A stretch of DNA of 64,000 nucleotides. Source: Verrucomicrobiia bacterium. Its GTDB lineage: Bacteria > Verrucomicrobiota > Verrucomicrobiia > Palsa-1439. The position numbers were made by a program, and so were the translations under genes. The number at the start of each line of letters is the position of its first letter. The stretch's first letter is position 1. The notes beneath the pieces were generated by a model, which was given only the letters and a program-made list of their open reading frames with translations, did not search any database and was not told the DNA's origin. The stretch spans positions 56,089 to 120,088 of the forward strand of contig JBEKLM010000002.1 in NCBI GenBank assembly GCA_050010195.1, given 5' to 3'. Of this stretch, positions 59,149 through 64,000 are shown piece after piece.

Positions 59149-60390
59149 ATGTCCATGATATCGTTTCTGCGCGGCAACGTCGTCCGGATTCTGATTTTGG
59201 CCCTGGCTCTGTTCGGCACATGTATCGCGTCGGTTGCCTTCAGTCAAACAACCGATTCCAACATCAGCGATTATGTCACCATCAAGCTCAAAGACGGTCG
59301 TGTGCTCGAAGGACCGGTTCTCTTCGAGGACGACCAGCAAATCACCATCGAAGCGCAATTCGCCAACGGCACCATCACCCGCAAGGATCAGATCAACAAG
59401 AGCGATATCGCATCCACCTCGCACTTGAGCCCCGTCGACCGCGACCAGCGCCTGGCGACGATTGCCTCCCACGATCTCGGCAAGTACCAGCTTGATCCAC
59501 AGAACTCGTATCCCTTGTCCTACTACGACAGCGCGATTAACGATGGCTTCCGGCGTTTCCTGACGCTGTACCCCCGCGCGCTGGAGGCGACCACGATCAC
59601 CAACCGACTCGCCGAATGGCAGGAGGAACGGGACAAGGTCGCGTCGGGACAGGTCAAATACCACGGGCAATGGATGCCCGCCGCCGAGGCAAACACACTT
59701 GCCGAAACCGAGCGCACCCGGCAAATCATTCAGGATGCCAGGGCGTTGATGGCGCAAGGGCAATTCGAGGCTGCCACCGAAAAGCTCGCGCCCTATTACA
59801 ATGCGGCGCAGCCATCGCCGCTCGTGGTCGAAAGCCGGCATCTGCAGGCCGATGTGTATCGCTTGTGGATCAGCACCCTCGAAACCACGCAGGAACAACT
59901 CACCAAAGACCTCGAAGCAACCAGGGACAGGGTCACCCACCTTTCAGAAACACGATCACAAGCCCAATCCAACTATGACCAGGCTCGCAGCAAGAGTCTG
60001 AGCACGACTTCGAGAGCCCTGGGGGACAGCGCGATATCCAGCCAGGCCAGTGCGGATTATCTCCGCGCGGAGAAACAGTACAGCGAAGAGCAAAACCGCC
60101 AGTTTGCGATTCAGGAACAACTCGACAATACGATTCACCAGTTGAGACAGGTCCACCAAAGCCAGGATCTGTTCGCAGCAGCTTATCCCCCCACCGAGGT
60201 GGTGAAGGAGACGCCGCCGCCACCGAAGACGAACGCCCCCGCGCCGCCGCCGCCACCACCACCGCCACCACCGCCGCCACCGACGGTTCTCGAGCAGATG
60301 GGAGATTGGTTCGGCAGAAACTGGATCATCGTTGCCGGCGTCGGACTGCTCGGGCTCTGGGGTGTGTCGCGCTTGTTCACGCGCTCCTGA
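59149..60390 (+). CDS. Exported coiled-coil protein with poly-Pro linker and C-terminal TM anchor (paralog family)
   Basis: AGGAG RBS; IKLKDGRVLEG, KYQLDP, WQEERDKVASGQVKYHGQW.PAAE, P12 run, WFGRNW-TM-SRL. Confidence 0.82.
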   Translation: MSMISFLRGNVVRILILALALFGTCIASVAFSQTTDSNISDYVTIKLKDGRVLEGPVLFEDDQQITIEAQFANGTITRKDQINKSDIASTSHLSPVDRDQRLATIASHDLGKYQLDPQNSYPLSYYDSAINDGFRRFLTLYPRALEATTITNRLAEWQEERDKVASGQVKYHGQWMPAAEANTLAETERTRQIIQDARALMAQGQFEAATEKLAPYYNAAQPSPLVVESRHLQADVYRLWISTLETTQEQLTKDLEATRDRVTHLSETRSQAQSNYDQARSKSLSTTSRALGDSAISSQASADYLRAEKQYSEEQNRQFAIQEQLDNTIHQLRQVHQSQDLFAAAYPPTEVVKETPPPPKTNAPAPPPPPPPPPPPPPTVLEQMGDWFGRNWIIVAGVGLLGLWGVSRLFTRS

Positions 60391-60401
60391 CGACGAGACG
60401 G

Positions 60402-60974
60402 CTATTCCCAATACTTCTGGAAGTCGTCCGCGTTCGCCTTCTCAAATGTCGGGAAACGCGTATGTCCCGGATCGTTTGTTTTGACTCCGATCGCCTTTTC
60501 GATGTACTGGTAAACCTCAATCGGCTTCTGATCAAAACGGACCGTCAAGGCTTCGGGATTGTAGGGTTCCCAGATTTGGGGAACGATCACCGAGAGGCTT
60601 GTCATGACGCAACACACCAGGATTGTCGAGGAGATCAGGCCGAATACGAAACCCAACACCATGTCAATAATCCGCGGGTAACGGGGTACGGCCTGTTGTG
60701 TGACCTGATTCAGCACCAGAATCAACGGCAGGCACCCCAGCAGAAACACGGCCCAGTACGCGCCGAACGCGCCGTACGCACCCGCCCCCGGCATCACCGA
60801 TTCCACCAATGCCGTCGCCTCATACCAGTACCGCATCGTCACCATCATGGCAAAAAACAACAGGAGTGAGCTGGTCAGTTCGTAAAACACGCCGAACACC
60901 GTCCCGCCCCATGCCAGCGACAGGATCAGGACCAACGCCAAAATGCTGAGAATGACTGGAATGACTTCCGCCAT
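60402..60974 (-). CDS. CvpA-like 4-TM membrane protein
   Basis: Four TMs, ID.VLGFVFGL motif; starts 2 bp after the ATPase stop. Confidence 0.65.
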   Translation of the reverse strand: MAEVIPVILSILALVLILSLAWGGTVFGVFYELTSSLLLFFAMMVTMRYWYEATALVESVMPGAGAYGAFGAYWAVFLLGCLPLILVLNQVTQQAVPRYPRIIDMVLGFVFGLISSTILVCCVMTSLSVIVPQIWEPYNPEALTVRFDQKPIEVYQYIEKAIGVKTNDPGHTRFPTFEKANADDFQKYWE

Positions 60975-60976
60975 GG

Positions 60977-62845
60977 TTAGCTCGCTTGGATCACTTCCTC
61001 CGCCGTCGTAATCCCACTGAGGATTTTCTCCACCCCGTCTTCGCGATACGGACGGAGACCCTTGCGGGTGGCCATTTCCGCCAACACCTGTTCGTTGGCG
61101 CCATCATTCACGGCTTTCCGGAATTCCTCGTCCAGCACGAGCAACTCAAAAATCCCGGTGCGCCCCTGGTACCCGATGTTATCGCAGGCCTCGCATCCCG
61201 TCGCGCGATAGATGCGGCGTCCCGGCTCCAGCGCCATTCCAATCTCACTCAGTTCTGTCCCCGTCGCCTCATAGGCCTCGCGGCATTCCTTGCAGAGCAC
61301 GCGCACCAGGCGCTGGGCCACGACCATCAACAGCGCCGAGGAAACCTGGTAGTGCTCCACCCCGATCTCTTCCAACCGTACGACTGTCCCCACCGCATTC
61401 TTCGCGTGCAGCGAGCTGAACACCAGGTGACCCGTCAAGGCCGCGCGAATCGCGATCTTGGCCGCCTCGGCGTCGCGCATTTCGCCCACAAAAATCACGT
61501 CGGGATCCTGGCGCAGGATCGATCGCAGCCCGGCCTCATAGGTGATACCGGCTTTCACGTTGACGGGAATCTGTGTCGCCCCCTCCAGCTCATATTCCAC
61601 GGGGTCCTCGATGCTCATAATGTTCAGGCGCTTGCGGTCAAGCCGGCTGAGCGCGGCGTAGAGGGTTGATGTTTTGCCCGAACCGGTTGGCCCGGCGGCC
61701 AGGATAATGCCGTTGCGGGAGTGAATCACCCGGTCAAATCGTTGCAACATCTCCTTGCTCATGCCGAGGTCGCCCAGGCCCATCAGCCCGCTCTTGCGGT
61801 CGAGAATACGCAGCACCATTTTCTCCCCGTGAATGGCACTCGCGGTGGCCGCGCGGAAATCCACTTCTCCACCCTCGGTGCGCACGCGAAACCGCCCGTC
61901 TTGCGCCCGGCGTTTTTCGGCGACGTCGATCTGCGCCAGCGTCTTGAGCGCCGCGACTACACGCAGCCCGTCCGCCCGGGTAAATATTAACCGCTCCTGC
62001 AACGCGCCATCGACACGAAACCGCACCCGGCAACCGTCGGCCTGCGGTTCCAGATGAATGTCACTGGCCCGTTCGCTCATGGCATCTTGCAACACTTCCC
62101 GCGCCGCCTCGATGCCGGTCATTTCGGGCATATCTTTGCGGACCTGGATCTCGTTGCCGTCCACGTCCAAAAACTCCATGCCCACCCGGCGCTTTTTGGC
62201 CCGGACGGTGGCGGCAACCTTCGTCCGCCCGCCAAACAGTCCCCGCTTTTTGGGGGCCTCGCCCGGCGCCAGCCCGGCGACACGGCCGGTGAGCGTCCTC
62301 GGCCCTTCCCTGTCGCGCAGCTGACGCCGGCGCTTGACCAGATAAATCACAAATCCGAGGACAGGGAGAAGCAGCACGTCCGCATTCGCACGTTTGATTT
62401 CTTCCGGCATCCCCTTGACATCGTGTTGCACCCAAATCAATGCGCCAATCCACGCCAGCGCCGTCAGTCCCATAACCAACAGAAGAATGTCCATCGACCA
62501 GCGACGCACATACGGAAGTGCCATGGACCCGGGATGGGAATTCGCGGCGGGTGCGGGTTGGGGTTCTTTGCTTCCGGGGGTTCCTGAATCTGGTGCCTTT
62601 GCAGATGGAGGAATCGCGACGCCGTCGATGCTCTCGACCTTGTCCAGAGGCAGTTTGACCTTTCCGTATGGCACGGTAATCAGGATGCCCTGGTCATCAC
62701 GCTCCAGAATCTCGGCGTCAGGATACACCTTGCCGTCCTTCAGCTTCACTTCCGATGCAACGAGCGAACTGACGGCCAGAAAAGCTGCTAGAACGACGAG
62801 CTTGAAGCCTTGCAAGGTCGCATGCCTTTCTTCTTTGATGCCCAC
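60977..62845 (-). CDS. GspE/PilB-family traffic ATPase with exported N-terminal domain and two TMs
   Basis: ASDIHLEP, RFRVDG, GPTGSGKTST, EDPVE, RQDPDVIFVGEMRD, TGHLV..SLH, CKEC/CEAC. Confidence 0.92.
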   Translation of the reverse strand: MGIKEERHATLQGFKLVVLAAFLAVSSLVASEVKLKDGKVYPDAEILERDDQGILITVPYGKVKLPLDKVESIDGVAIPPSAKAPDSGTPGSKEPQPAPAANSHPGSMALPYVRRWSMDILLLVMGLTALAWIGALIWVQHDVKGMPEEIKRANADVLLLPVLGFVIYLVKRRRQLRDREGPRTLTGRVAGLAPGEAPKKRGLFGGRTKVAATVRAKKRRVGMEFLDVDGNEIQVRKDMPEMTGIEAAREVLQDAMSERASDIHLEPQADGCRVRFRVDGALQERLIFTRADGLRVVAALKTLAQIDVAEKRRAQDGRFRVRTEGGEVDFRAATASAIHGEKMVLRILDRKSGLMGLGDLGMSKEMLQRFDRVIHSRNGIILAAGPTGSGKTSTLYAALSRLDRKRLNIMSIEDPVEYELEGATQIPVNVKAGITYEAGLRSILRQDPDVIFVGEMRDAEAAKIAIRAALTGHLVFSSLHAKNAVGTVVRLEEIGVEHYQVSSALLMVVAQRLVRVLCKECREAYEATGTELSEIGMALEPGRRIYRATGCEACDNIGYQGRTGIFELLVLDEEFRKAVNDGANEQVLAEMATRKGLRPYREDGVEKILSGITTAEEVIQAS

Positions 62846-62934
62846 TGTGTCTGAGCTTCCGTTGAAGAGTCAACAGCCTTTTGCTAGCCGCATGTGCACC
62901 GACCGCGGCTTGCACCTACCGCGCGCGGCCAAAA

Positions 62935-63540
62935 CTAATCGTCCGCCGGCTCTTTAGCCGCCAATTCCCCGGTCGTTTTCGAATGATTGCCCTGTGCCTG
63001 GATCATGCCGCTCTGGCGGGCGAAATCGAATAGACCACCCGCGTCGATCACAGGCCGCGCGTCCCCGAGCGATTTCGTTGCGAAAATCTTCGAGGATTTG
63101 AGAACCTTGAGTGTGTTCGCGTCCAGATCGAGTTCGATTTCGTCGCCGGTCCGGATCGTTTCGCAGATTCGCGTTGTCGATTCCACGGGATAAAGCTCGC
63201 CGGTCGCTACGCTGTTGCGAAAGAAAATCCGCGCAAAACTTTCCGCCACCACCGCCTCGCATCCCGCCGCCCCGAGGGCAATCGGAGCATGCTCGCGGGA
63301 ACTGCCACAGCCGAAATTGCGACCACCAATGACAATTGTGTACGGCCCCCTGGTTTGCCCTTCGGCAATATACCGGGTCGGATACTGGTCCTTCGGCAGA
63401 CCGCACAACGCGTAGCTGCCGAGTTTCTCGTATTCTTCTGGAATCGTGGGCACGAGGGTCAGATACTGCGCCGGGATAATCTGGTCGGTATCGATATTGT
63501 CCCGCACAACATATGCCTTTCCGCGAATCACCTTGCTCAT
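62935..63540 (-). CDS. leuD: 3-isopropylmalate dehydratase small subunit
   Basis: NIDTDQIIPA, NFGCGSSREHAP, SFARIFFRN, AGGL. Confidence 0.9.
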   Translation of the reverse strand: MSKVIRGKAYVVRDNIDTDQIIPAQYLTLVPTIPEEYEKLGSYALCGLPKDQYPTRYIAEGQTRGPYTIVIGGRNFGCGSSREHAPIALGAAGCEAVVAESFARIFFRNSVATGELYPVESTTRICETIRTGDEIELDLDANTLKVLKSSKIFATKSLGDARPVIDAGGLFDFARQSGMIQAQGNHSKTTGELAAKEPADD

Positions 63541-63751
63541 GGTGCTGTCAGCCTACGCAAAGCCTCTGCCTGAATCAACTCTCAAAACCCGACGCCAGCC
63601 CTGATCGGAGGAAGCCATCCTCTCAATATCAGCAATTGGCATGTTCAATTCTGTCTGCCCGACCCTTACGGCGTGTCTACCCGGAGGGGGGTGCGGGATT
63701 ACCCACGTGGCAGCCAAACCCTTGGCAAGGCGGCTGCTTTATGGGTAGATC

Positions 63752-64000
63752 ATGCCAGAGTACAGCGATCCCGAGAAGACCTACACGATCAGCTACCCCG
63801 AGGGGTGGTTGCCTCTGACCCATGAAGGTTCCCCCCACGTCAGCCTCGCGAGTTTGACCACCGGCGGGTACCTGAAAGTGGAAGCCTGCCAATTTGAGAA
63901 ACCGGCCCCGGAGTCCATGCAACCCGAGCGCGCCCTGCAATCGCTCATCGAATGCGAGAAGCGTACGTGGCCCGACATCGATTACGAGCTTATTCAACGC
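63752..64000 (+). CDS. Hypothetical protein (partial; PsbP/DcrB-like N-terminus)
   Basis: Open from ATG 63752 to the window end: MPEYSDPEKTYTISYPEGW... Confidence 0.6.
   Translation, partial: MPEYSDPEKTYTISYPEGWLPLTHEGSPHVSLASLTTGGYLKVEACQFEKPAPESMQPERALQSLIECEKRTWPDIDYELIQR

Noticed and set aside
60238-60282. CCG/CCA trinucleotide run as a phase-variable repeat
   Set aside because: In-frame mixed-codon polyproline linker; length change would not shift the frame

Overview
GC-rich bacterial chromosomal window, most likely Verrucomicrobiota (inferred from PEP-CTERM proteins, an exosortase/EpsI pair, a GloVer-type repeat protein and an ECF/anti-sigma/pilin-like triad). It carries housekeeping genes (accC, accB, holB, tmk, sppA, cydAB, hpf, folB, leuD) and five accessory blocks. 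(1) A decaying surface-protein patch with an IS1380 element (7.7-11.2 kb). (2) A 2567-bp element with perfect 20-bp terminal inverted repeats, an internally deleted IS1-like transposase, an NYN nuclease behind a structured leader, and an AAA ATPase (19.8-22.4 kb). (3) A REP-saturated defence-like island (MTase-Mrr fusion, HNH, Zn protein, Xre/ImmA pair) lying between two EPS genes (26-32.5 kb). (4) A ~12-kb lipid/polyketide cluster that combines a KS-CLF fusion, ACP, halogenase-like flavoprotein, acyltransferase and LolA-like protein with HpnA/HpnI/HpnK-like enzymes and a HydE-like radical SAM enzyme (41.6-53.8 kb). (5) A GspE/PilB ATPase with a signal peptide, an exported domain and two TM helices, next to two members of a paralogous exported coiled-coil family (57.8-62.8 kb). 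No rRNA, tRNA or CRISPR array was seen. All product calls come from motif recognition by eye; no database searches were run.
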